Shown piece after piece: positions 1 through 7,194 of a stretch of DNA of 43,240 nt. The notes under the pieces are model-generated. The model worked only from the letters and a program-made list of their open reading frames with translations. It ran no database searches and had not been told where the DNA came from. Position 1 is the first letter of the stretch, and the number at the start of each line of letters is the position of its first letter. Where the stretch lies: assembly GCA_016861245.1 (NCBI GenBank), contig BOKZ01000001.1, positions 143,107-186,346 on the forward strand, read 5' to 3'. A program made the position numbers and the translations under genes. Origin of the DNA: Patescibacteria group bacterium. Its GTDB lineage: Bacteria > Patescibacteriota > UBA1384 > 2-12-FULL-50-11.

Positions 1-906
1 GTCCGCATTGATCGGCAAAAAAGTGTAAAGCGGCTCGTAAGACTCGCCTACGAGCGAGTTACCTTTGAGGTACTCTATCACCTCGAGCGATCCGTCCTGG
101 TAGCGCTCGAGCGCTTGGTGCGCCAAAATGTACTGTTTAGTACCGTCTGAAACCTTAACGTACTCAGCGTTCTCGTCCACTGCCAACGCTAGGTTGGCTG
201 GTAGCGTCCACGGCGTCGTTGTCCAAGCAAGTAGGTACACATCGTCGTTTAAAAGTCGGAACGAAACCGTAACGGCTGGATCCTCGACGTCTTTGTAGTT
301 CCCGTCGTCCATCGTAATCTCAAATTTCGACAGCGGCGTAGCGCAGCGCGGACAGTACAACGACACCCGACGGCCTCGGTAAATTAATTCCTGTTCGTAC
401 AGTTGCTTAAACATCGCCATCACCGACTCCATATAGTTGAGATTGTCGGTTCGATACGCGTTGTCGATATCCGCCCATCGACCGATATGGTCGATATACC
501 AGCGCCAGGCACCCGATACTTCCGAAACGTACTGACGGCACTCCTTGATAAACTTATCTAGACCCAGTGTTTGTATATCTTTTTTTGATTTCAGCCCGAG
601 TTTTTTCTCGACCTGATTCTCAGCAGGCAAACCGTGAACGTCCCAACCCCAAGTTCGACGTACAAAACGCCCTTTCATCGTTTGAAATCTCGGCACGACG
701 TCTTTGGCGATACTTGGCAACAGCGTCGCGTAGTGCGGAATACCGGTAATAAACGGCGGGCCGTCGTAGAACGAGAAAACCTCGCCATTTTTAGTTTGCT
801 CTAACGATTTTTCGTAGGTTTTGTCTCGTTGCCAAAAATCGAGCACCGACTCTTCCATCGCAAATAACGACGGAAATTTTTTACCAACAAACTTACGCTC
901 CGGCAT
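1..906 (-). CDS. ileS: isoleucyl-tRNA synthetase, N-terminal ~300 aa (runs off the left window edge)
   Basis: Not in the ORF track because it has no stop inside the window. My minus-strand translation from the ATG at 906 gives MPERKFVGKKFPSLFAMEESVLDFWQRDKTYEKSL..FSFYDGPPFITGIPHYATLLPSIAKDVVPRF..RRTWGWDVHGLPAENQVEKKLG..LYCPRCATPLSKFE..LAWTTTPWTLPANLALA. It stays open to position 1. The blocks match type-2 IleRS. The start overlaps the hisS stop by 14 nt. Confidence 0.85.
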   Translation of the reverse strand, partial: MPERKFVGKKFPSLFAMEESVLDFWQRDKTYEKSLEQTKNGEVFSFYDGPPFITGIPHYATLLPSIAKDVVPRFQTMKGRFVRRTWGWDVHGLPAENQVEKKLGLKSKKDIQTLGLDKFIKECRQYVSEVSGAWRWYIDHIGRWADIDNAYRTDNLNYMESVMAMFKQLYEQELIYRGRRVSLYCPRCATPLSKFEITMDDGNYKDVEDPAVTVSFRLLNDDVYLLAWTTTPWTLPANLALAVDENAEYVKVSDGTKQYILAHQALERYQDGSLEVIEYLKGNSLVGESYEPLYTFLPINAD

Positions 907-2134
907 TCTTAATCCGTTCCCTTGGAATCGATTCTTGTGCCCCGCTTTGCAGGTTTTTTCGTACGATCTTTCCCTGCTTCCAATCTTCTAATAGCGGGAT
1001 TAGCATCTCTTGATAGCCGCGTTTGTCGGCGTATTTTATTTGCTTACCAAGCTCAACAGTCTCATCCAAAAATACTTCAACGTTACAGCCAGCTTGCCGC
1101 AAGTTTTCAACCCAAGGATCGAGTTCTGAACTCGTTTCAGGTAGTCGGGCGATGAACATCGCGGAGTCGTTCGTTTGGCCCTGCTGATCTAGAATATCGA
1201 CTAAGCGATCAACACCAAACGACACGCCCACAGCTGGTACTCTTTGACCGATTAAGCCCTCGACGAGATTATCGTACCGACCGCCGCCGGCAACGCTCGA
1301 CGGGTAACCCTCAACCCGACATTCGATAATCGTACCGGTGTAATAATCGAGCCCTCGAACCATGCTTGGAATAAATGCTGCGTTTACACCGATCCGTCGA
1401 GCTGTTTCCATTAGCTCAACAATCGACGCTATTACTTCTTCGCCAACTAATCGAGCAACGTCTTCGAGCGTTTCATTTTCAAGAAATAGCGATCGTATTT
1501 GGCGAAGTTGAACATCGGTGACGCCAAGCTTTAAGAGCTCTTCAACTAGCGCTTCTTCGGAAATTTTGTCTTTTTTATCTAGCGTTTGTAGCAGCTTCTG
1601 GCGTGAGCCTTCGACAATTTTAAGTTTATTAAAGACGGCCGCTATTACCGTCCGATCGTTTAGTTGTACTTCAAGCGTTAAACCAACCGTACGCTCTACC
1701 TCAGCGACGATTGAAAGTATCTCTTTTTCGGCAGCCAGGCCGGGTGCGCCAACAATATCGATGTCAGCTTGCGTAAATTGGCGTAGGCGGCCTTTTTGGG
1801 CGCGTTCCGCCCGCCAAACCGGACCGATCTCGAATCGCTTATACGGCGTCGGTAACGATTGATAGTTGGACGCGTAGAATCGTGCCAGCGGCAGCGTTAA
1901 ATCGTAACGTAAACCAACTTTACGTTTGCCGTTATCTTCAAATAAATACAGCAACTTCTGCGCCTCTTCACCGTAATCTTTGAGGAGAAGTTCTTGTCGT
2001 TCGATCGCCGGGGTTTCAAGTGGTTGATAGCCGTACTGGAGAAAAACCTTGCGCAATCCAGCAATCAGCCAGTCCTTGGTCGGACCGCTGTAATCTCTGA
2101 ACCCTGAAAGTGGTTGGAGAACTTCTTTGTTCAT
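893..2134 (-). CDS. hisS: histidyl-tRNA synthetase
   Basis: 413-aa ORF with class II HisRS blocks: PLSGFRDY, RYDLTLPLARF, FEIGPVWRAERAQKGRLRQFTQADIDIVG, AGGGRYDNLV. It also has a C-terminal anticodon-binding-like region. Confidence 0.95.
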   Translation of the reverse strand: MNKEVLQPLSGFRDYSGPTKDWLIAGLRKVFLQYGYQPLETPAIERQELLLKDYGEEAQKLLYLFEDNGKRKVGLRYDLTLPLARFYASNYQSLPTPYKRFEIGPVWRAERAQKGRLRQFTQADIDIVGAPGLAAEKEILSIVAEVERTVGLTLEVQLNDRTVIAAVFNKLKIVEGSRQKLLQTLDKKDKISEEALVEELLKLGVTDVQLRQIRSLFLENETLEDVARLVGEEVIASIVELMETARRIGVNAAFIPSMVRGLDYYTGTIIECRVEGYPSSVAGGGRYDNLVEGLIGQRVPAVGVSFGVDRLVDILDQQGQTNDSAMFIARLPETSSELDPWVENLRQAGCNVEVFLDETVELGKQIKYADKRGYQEMLIPLLEDWKQGKIVRKNLQSGAQESIPRERIKNAGA

Positions 2135-2163
2135 GCTCGTATTTTACCCTGAATTGGTTAAGT

Positions 2164-3039
2164 TTACAGAGCGACATGATGGCACGGAAGATGATCGCGA
2201 TCATCAGCGTTAGTCCCAAGAAAGATCGGTTCAGTTTTGTGTCGCCAGAACTGAACAGCCTCGTAACGATCGTTGAGCGTGGTGTTAGCGTAGATCGTTG
2301 CTCGTTCCAATATCGCCTCGCGGTTTTTTGGTTGGAGCTGGCGCGTCGCGATCGCAGAAGCGCTAATAAACTGAGCAGCAGGGAATATCGTTTCGGCGAT
2401 TTTTGTGCTCACGCCCAAACCGAGCCAAGAAAGAAAAACGTACTTACTGCCGCCAACGGCGGAACGAATTTTGCTAACGCGGCTAGAATTTAACTCCGGC
2501 TCGACGATAAGCTGCCCAAGTATTCGGTAGGTCTGTCTGCCTTCGATCAACTTTGCGTCGACGCGTCTGGCTAAAACGAATGAGGCGAAGCCGTCGTGAT
2601 CGGCTCGCTCCTGGTGAGTTCGCAGCTGCTCGAGATTACCGTAGTCCTGAGCTGCTTCAGATACTTCGTCTAAGCGACCAAATAATATTGAGGTAACTCG
2701 GCCGGCGTACTCGTACCGATACTCGGCTAAAAATTCTGAGTGTTGAGCGTGTTTTAAAAGTGTTGGTTTCGAGTTCCGTGACGGGACGACCGGATTTAGT
2801 AGTCGGATAACTTGCTCAAGATGCGTTTGATTGTTCGGCAGTATCCGACGAATCATCGCTAACTCTTGGTTCAAACTCTTTTCATCACCAACTACTCGCG
2901 CGATTTGCAGCGATTCGACGGCTAACAGCGGGTCGATCAAAATGAGTTTCGGTTTATCCTTCTGTTTTTCTTGTAAAAAAAGCAGTATCACAACGATCAA
3001 AAGAAAGACTGGTGTCAGCCAAAATAGTACGATCGGCAT
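2164..3039 (-). CDS. hypothetical membrane-anchored protein; by-eye resemblance to a degenerate P-type ATPase cytoplasmic loop
   Basis: 291-aa ORF with one N-terminal TM helix (IVLFWLTPVFLLIVVILLFL). The soluble part aligns loosely by eye with the N/P domains of the ATPase at 7191-9902. Examples: LILIDPLLAV vs ICVDKTGTLT, SKYVFLSWLG vs MKVVMITGD, QPKNREAILER vs TPTQKLQIVER, FLGTNADDRDHL vs MTGDGVNDAPAL. Confidence 0.6.
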   Translation of the reverse strand: MPIVLFWLTPVFLLIVVILLFLQEKQKDKPKLILIDPLLAVESLQIARVVGDEKSLNQELAMIRRILPNNQTHLEQVIRLLNPVVPSRNSKPTLLKHAQHSEFLAEYRYEYAGRVTSILFGRLDEVSEAAQDYGNLEQLRTHQERADHDGFASFVLARRVDAKLIEGRQTYRILGQLIVEPELNSSRVSKIRSAVGGSKYVFLSWLGLGVSTKIAETIFPAAQFISASAIATRQLQPKNREAILERATIYANTTLNDRYEAVQFWRHKTEPIFLGTNADDRDHLPCHHVAL

Positions 3040-3112
3040 AGAATTATCGTAGCAAAGATTCTTGTTTAAAACCTATTTCGAGCGTATAATTTTTCGTGTC
3101 CGTGGAGGGAAC

Positions 3113-3343
3113 ATGGCACGAACATCGACGCACATCAGTAAACGCGAGCAGATCGCGAGTGATAACTTTCACTTCGAGCAGGCGATCAAAGCAGCTCAAC
3201 GCCGTGATCAGGAACGGATGTACTACCATCTCGGGCAGATTCTATTTGATCGAGTCAGCCCTCGGAAGATCGTGAATCATCCCGCGCTGCGCCGCTACAA
3301 AAAAGATCTGGAGAAGGTCTATCTCGTCAACGTCCGCCCGTAA
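3113..3343 (+). CDS. hypothetical small basic protein (76 aa)
   Basis: The ORF track gives 3062-3343. The internal ATG at 3113 is preceded by a strong SD (GGAGGGAAC then ATG). A hairpin terminator follows the stop. No recognisable family. Confidence 0.55.
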   Translation: MARTSTHISKREQIASDNFHFEQAIKAAQRRDQERMYYHLGQILFDRVSPRKIVNHPALRRYKKDLEKVYLVNVRP

Positions 3344-3360
3344 GGGCGGCTTTATTATTT
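3334..3360 (+). terminator. rho-independent terminator
   Basis: CCGCCC-GTAA-GGGCGG hairpin (3334-3349) with the stop codon in the loop, followed by CTTTATTATTT. Confidence 0.6.
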
Positions 3361-3430
3361 CTCCGAAAAACCGTGATCGGCTAGCGGGATGGAGAGCTTC
3401 CGCTTCGTAGGTTCAGAAAACGAAATGTTT

Positions 3431-3471
3431 TTTCAAAAAAACAAGAAGATACCCTGGGCGAAAGCCCGGGG
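3431..3471 (-). terminator. possible terminator downstream of the sugar dehydrogenase gene
   Basis: On the minus strand, CCCCGGGC-TTTC-GCCCAGGG (one C-A mismatch) is followed about 10 nt later by a T7 run. The T run is further from the stem than in a canonical terminator. Confidence 0.35.
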
Positions 3472-3475
3472 AGAT

Positions 3476-4618
3476 TCATTTTGCAATTGGCTTTACTAGA
3501 AGTAGCCGATCGTCTTGCTCGGTTGGCTTGGTCCTACCGTCGCGATTACTAGTTGTGACATAAAAGGCGCCGTCGCCGCGCGCCGTAACTGCTCGTAAGC
3601 GCCCGTAGGTACCGTCGATAATTGTTTCGTGCCGGAGAATTTTTTTATCCTGTATCTCAATTAGCTGTAGCTTTTGGCCACGCAAACCAGCAAACATGGC
3701 GACGTTGCGCAGATCCCAAATTTTTAATCCGGCAAAATCGATTCCCGAAGGCGCCCAAGTTTCCGTATTGCTTGAAAGTAGCGGCGCCACGAAATTTTGA
3801 TGATCCAAATCGCCTTTGCGAGCTGTCGGCCAGCCGTAGTTTTTGGTTGGCTCGATAATATTTACTTCGTCGTACGCGCTCTCGCCGTGCTCGGTTTCAA
3901 TTAGCTCCTCAGTCAAAGTGTGCCAGGTTATGCCCTGGGGATTACGATGACCAAGCGAGTAAACGAGCGAACCCTTCGTTGGGTTGTCGTCCGGAATAGT
4001 ACCGTCGTCGTTCATCCTCAGGACCTTTCCTTCAAGTCGATCCGATCGCTGCGCCAATTCTGGACGTGCAGCATCGCCAGTTAACACGTATAGCTTCTCG
4101 TCGGGTCCGAATCGTAAACGGCCGCCGTTATGAATTTGGCCACCAGTTAAGTTATTTAGAATCGTTTTATCTTCGGCTAGTGCGCCGTTTTTAAACACGT
4201 AGCGAACGACTTTGTTCTTAAGCTCTCCCCCCGATCGATACGTATAGTACAAATAAACGTAGGAGTTACTCTCAAATTTCGGGTGAATCGCCACACCGGT
4301 TAACCCCGACTCGGAGACGATCGCTACGGGGATCTCGGCAACGGTTGTTGGCTGATTTTTCTTGTCCCAGTGTTTAACCTTGCCGGTTCGTTCAGTAATT
4401 AGTAGAGTTTCGTCTGGCAACACCGCCACATCCCACGGGATCTCAAGCCCGGTTAGCAGAACTTCTGTCTCCCAGGTATACGAAGTCTCTTTAGAATACG
4501 GCGTATCCGTTTTACTAGCGGTTGGATCTGATTTTTTGTAGAGCGCGACGTAGCCAAATGTAAAAAATCCGATTAAAACCGCCAGGAGAAGTAAACGAGC
4601 AGCAAGAGTGTCTTTCAT
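3476..4618 (-). CDS. PQQ-dependent sugar (glucose/sorbosone) dehydrogenase family protein, membrane-anchored or secreted
   Basis: 380 aa with an N-terminal hydrophobic anchor. Family-typical blocks: GLEIPWDVAVLPD, GLTGVAIHP, LYVLTGD, GHRNPQGITW, YGWP. Confidence 0.85.
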   Translation of the reverse strand: MKDTLAARLLLLAVLIGFFTFGYVALYKKSDPTASKTDTPYSKETSYTWETEVLLTGLEIPWDVAVLPDETLLITERTGKVKHWDKKNQPTTVAEIPVAIVSESGLTGVAIHPKFESNSYVYLYYTYRSGGELKNKVVRYVFKNGALAEDKTILNNLTGGQIHNGGRLRFGPDEKLYVLTGDAARPELAQRSDRLEGKVLRMNDDGTIPDDNPTKGSLVYSLGHRNPQGITWHTLTEELIETEHGESAYDEVNIIEPTKNYGWPTARKGDLDHQNFVAPLLSSNTETWAPSGIDFAGLKIWDLRNVAMFAGLRGQKLQLIEIQDKKILRHETIIDGTYGRLRAVTARGDGAFYVTTSNRDGRTKPTEQDDRLLLVKPIAK

Positions 4619-4639
4619 CCCTGGCAGTATACCAAATCG

Positions 4640-6382
4640 TTACCAACTTCCGCCGCCACCGCCTCCGAATCCGCCGCCGGAAAATCCGCCGCCGCCTGAG
4701 CCCGAGCTGCCCGGGGTCGAAGCCATCGCCGTATTCATCGCTGCCGAAACGGTGCCGATATTTTGCGTAAATAATACTGGGTTCCACGGCGTCACGCCGT
4801 AATACCAACTCGGCTGCGCTGGATGGGCACCGATTCTTTCCATCGACTCAGCCAGTTTTTTAGTTACACCAAATACCATGGCGTACGGCAAAACGTCCAT
4901 AAATAAATTATGATTCTCTAAAAACGGTTGACGGTACTTTTCAGTTTGAGAGAGAAACAGCTTATAACCGAGCGTCTTTCGAAGCGCCTCGCGACCCTCG
5001 GCGCTCCGTCGCGGCATCTTAGTTGATAACGCAACGCCGAGAATCGCGCTTAGTAACAGAGACACTAAGGCTACGATCAGCCAAACATTTTGGGAATCAG
5101 CGCTAAAACCAAGGGCAACGCCGGCAAGTATCAGCTGAATAATTGGGATTGTTAAGGCGGTGGCACGAACCGACTGAGGATTCTCGACGAAAAGCTTCCG
5201 ATCGGTAACTTGAGCGTAGAGGTCGTCTTGGACGCTCTTAAGCGAGGCGTGAAACGTATTTTTTAACGACGAAAGATCGACGCTGTCGCCGTCTTGAAAA
5301 AGCAACGACAACAACTTCTGCTCGTATCCGTGCAGTTGATCTTTGCTATTGGGGACTCGAGTAAGAGTGTAGTCGCTGGCTCCAAATACCCATTTTTTCG
5401 GTTTCTCAGTGATAGTTAGGTGTCCGCGAATCGCTAAATCCACAATTGTGGCCGAGACATCCAGCGTATCTGCCCGCTCGTCTACTAAGACCCCGATTTC
5501 AGCCGGTCGGAGCTGATTCGGCGCGGCGTACTCAGGTACGATCGTTTCTTTTGCAAAAAACGGCACCGTCTTAATTGTTGTGTTGGGATCGTGCAAATTC
5601 TTACGAGCGTACCATTCGTCGCGACCGTGTTTGTACCAGCGACGCAGATAATAGATCGGCATTAGGATTAGACCTAAAACTAGCAGGATAACACTAAGCC
5701 AAAGATACGGTACTGGCGGTTTCACTCCTTGAAGAATCGGAACCAGGCCTTTTGTGTAACCGACGGCTAGGGTTAAGCCCTGGTTGGCCAAGAGCGGTCC
5801 GCCGTTAAATTGTGCTTGTCTATCTGTCTGGTTCTCGTTACAGCGATCGGTACTGCCGCTACTACCGCTATAACACGCAACCTGTATAATTTTCTCGCTC
5901 GGTAGAGTAACGGTGGCGTTAACTGTCCCGATCGGCACCGGCCAATCCGTGCCGGTTACGTTCCAGTAGAGCTCGTCGAACGAATCGAACGATCGTAAAA
6001 CCCCGACAACGCTGTAGGTGATCACGTAGGTAATTACGCCCGTTACTGTTCTATTGGGATCACCGATTTTAATCCGCAGATACCCATTATCACGAGTTAA
6101 AGAATATACCGCTTCCTGACTATCCTGTTTAATAGCTATAACTGAGATATTCGTGTAGGTCTTACCGTCCTGGTTAGTATAAATCTCGGGAATGTCCCGA
6201 AAGATCCCGTGTTTAAATTCGCTACCGAAATCAGCAGCGATCGTTTCTGTGATCGTCACTTTACCGTCTTTTTCGATAACGATCGCTGAATTGAACGACG
6301 CGATCCGCCAATTCTCCTCAGCGTGCGCGATCGGCGATATTAGTAAAACAATTAACCCAATAACGAGCGCTAAGCGTTTCAT
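4640..6382 (-). CDS. DUF2207-family membrane protein
   Basis: 580 aa. It has a signal peptide (MKRLALVIGLIVLLISPIAHA), an extracytoplasmic N-domain, several TM helices and the characteristic glycine tail GSSGSGGGGFSGGGFGGGGGGSW. Confidence 0.8.
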   Translation of the reverse strand: MKRLALVIGLIVLLISPIAHAEENWRIASFNSAIVIEKDGKVTITETIAADFGSEFKHGIFRDIPEIYTNQDGKTYTNISVIAIKQDSQEAVYSLTRDNGYLRIKIGDPNRTVTGVITYVITYSVVGVLRSFDSFDELYWNVTGTDWPVPIGTVNATVTLPSEKIIQVACYSGSSGSTDRCNENQTDRQAQFNGGPLLANQGLTLAVGYTKGLVPILQGVKPPVPYLWLSVILLVLGLILMPIYYLRRWYKHGRDEWYARKNLHDPNTTIKTVPFFAKETIVPEYAAPNQLRPAEIGVLVDERADTLDVSATIVDLAIRGHLTITEKPKKWVFGASDYTLTRVPNSKDQLHGYEQKLLSLLFQDGDSVDLSSLKNTFHASLKSVQDDLYAQVTDRKLFVENPQSVRATALTIPIIQLILAGVALGFSADSQNVWLIVALVSLLLSAILGVALSTKMPRRSAEGREALRKTLGYKLFLSQTEKYRQPFLENHNLFMDVLPYAMVFGVTKKLAESMERIGAHPAQPSWYYGVTPWNPVLFTQNIGTVSAAMNTAMASTPGSSGSGGGGFSGGGFGGGGGGSW

Positions 6383-6405
6383 CAGCTCAATCCTAACAGA
6401 AAATT

Positions 6406-6422
6406 GCGGTCCCGACGGGATT
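6406..6422 (-). repeat. exact 17-nt copy of the tRNA-Glu 3' end (tRNA positions ~58-74)
   Basis: gcggtcccgacgggatt at 6406-6422 is identical to 6555-6571, which lies inside and at the end of tRNA-Glu. It is a direct repeat 132 nt downstream of the tRNA in tRNA sense. Confidence 0.9.
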
Positions 6423-6499
6423 ATTTCGACTTCGTCTCAATACTGTTCCTTCACTCCGTTCGGTCACAGTCGAACCTGTTTTCTTGCGAAAACGGGTTC
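6423..6499 (-). repeat. tRNA-linked conserved non-coding module, copy at the tRNA-Glu locus
   Basis: Colinear with 13033-13112. TTTCGNC starts 2 nt after the 17-nt repeat (second base past it), CYTCACTC 27/28 nt after it, and the 12-mer ACCTGTTTTCTT 52/57 nt after it. The 12-mer is followed by GAAAACGG and TTC, forming a 9-bp hairpin. Confidence 0.75.
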
Positions 6500-6520
6500 T
6501 CACCTTCTAGCCCAATTACC

Positions 6521-6549
6521 AAAAATACCCACGATATGTGAGTATTTTT
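6521..6549 (-). terminator. AT-rich hairpin immediately 3' of tRNA-Glu (possible terminator)
   Basis: Minus sense reads AAAAATACTCAC-ATATC-GTGGGTATTTTT, a 12-bp stem including one G-U. The U run is part of the stem, so function is uncertain. Confidence 0.35.
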
Positions 6550-6555
6550 GACAAG

Positions 6556-6629
6556 CGGTCCCGACGGGATTCGAACCCGTGATCTTCTGGATGAGAACCA
6601 GATATCCTAGGCCACTAGACGACGGGACC
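6556..6629 (-). tRNA. tRNA-Glu (anticodon CUC)
   Basis: Hand-folded cloverleaf: GGTCCCG-TC-GTCT-AGTGGCCTA-GGAT-A-TCTGG-TTCTCAT-CCAGA-AGATC-ACGGG-TTCGAAT-CCCGT-CGGGACC-G. CCA is not encoded. Confidence 0.95.
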
Positions 6630-6631
6630 AT

Positions 6632-6762
6632 ACTGCTAAGTACCATTAGATCGGCTGCGCCGATATCTTCTGGATTTTCCGCGGCTGAAGCCGCTTCAAC
6701 TGCTTTCGCACTTCGTGCTTCAAGCAGCGAACCACCAGACATCTAGGCCCAACGACGGGACC
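6632..6762 (-). pseudogene. degenerate tRNA-Glu-like sequence interrupted in the anticodon loop and lacking a T arm and 3' acceptor strand
   Basis: Minus sense GGTCCCGTCGTTGGGCCTAGATGTCTGGT..(59 nt)..TCCAGAAGAT parallels tRNA-Glu positions 1-33 and 38-47. It then diverges (ATCGGCGCAGCCGATCTAATGG..). No CGGGACC acceptor strand follows before the intact tRNA begins. Confidence 0.45.
6675..6733 (-). repeat. third copy of the tRNA-linked module, inside the anticodon loop of the tRNA-Glu-like sequence
   Basis: The plus-strand order TTTTCC, hairpin GCGGC-TGAA-GCCGC, TTCAAC, ~33 nt, GCGAACC is colinear with 6423-6476 (TTTCG, hairpin, TCAAT, .., TCGAACC). It is also colinear with 13033-13091 (TTTCG, hairpin TCCGCCTTGCGGA, TTCAG, .., TCGCACC). 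Confidence 0.55.
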
Positions 6763-6784
6763 AGTAACCTGTTGTAACAAAATA

Positions 6785-6813
6785 ATTCTATAGAAAAATT
6801 CACCTCTGGTCGA
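6785..6813 (-). promoter_or_regulatory. possible promoter for the tRNA-Glu locus
   Basis: Minus sense TCGACC-N17-TAGAAT, ending 22 nt upstream of the tRNA-like 5' end at 6762. The -35 element is weak. Confidence 0.35.
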
Positions 6814-6822
6814 GAGTATCGC

Positions 6823-7194
6823 CTAAGCCGTAAGCGCTTTTGAGACAGCGTCAACAAGTTCTTTTGGCTTTATTTGGGTTTTTAGAAAATACCCTTGTAC
6901 TCGCCCTTCAGCCATCTGCTGGTACTCGGGGTTTGGTAGAGCCGTTAAGATAAAAATCGGCACGTGTTTCGACTCCGGGTGCGAACGAAACACTCGTAGC
7001 GCCCCCAAGCCACCCTGGCGCGGCAACATTAAATCGAGAATTATCGCGTCCGGACGGTACATCAGCGCGTAATCAACTCCAGTCTGGCCATCTCCTGCTT
7101 CGTAAACAGTGAAATCGTGCCGCTTAAACACTTCCGAGTACAGTCTTCGTAACTCTTCGTTGTCCTCAATTAGTAATACCTTCCGAGCGCTCAT
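6823..7194 (-). CDS. receiver-only response regulator (CheY-like)
   Basis: 123 aa with a receiver signature (LLIEDNEE.., DAIILDLMLPRQGG, PIFILTA, lysine near FLKTQIKPKEL). No output domain. The ATG overlaps the upstream ATPase stop by 4 nt. Confidence 0.9.
   Translation of the reverse strand: MSARKVLLIEDNEELRRLYSEVFKRHDFTVYEAGDGQTGVDYALMYRPDAIILDLMLPRQGGLGALRVFRSHPESKHVPIFILTALPNPEYQQMAEGRVQGYFLKTQIKPKELVDAVSKALTA

Noticed and set aside
4515-4808. ORFs 4515-4808 (minus) and 4608-4802 (plus), rich in Arg, Pro and Gly
   Set aside because: They are alternative-frame and antisense readings of the GGN-repeat DNA that encodes the glycine tail of the DUF2207 protein. They show simple-repeat composition, not independent genes.
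6500-6742. 80-aa ORF in the track spanning the tRNA-Glu region
   Set aside because: It reads straight through an unambiguous tRNA-Glu and the tRNA-like fragment. It has low-complexity Ala/Ser content and no SD or promoter context. It is an artefact of a stop-free stretch in structured RNA genes.
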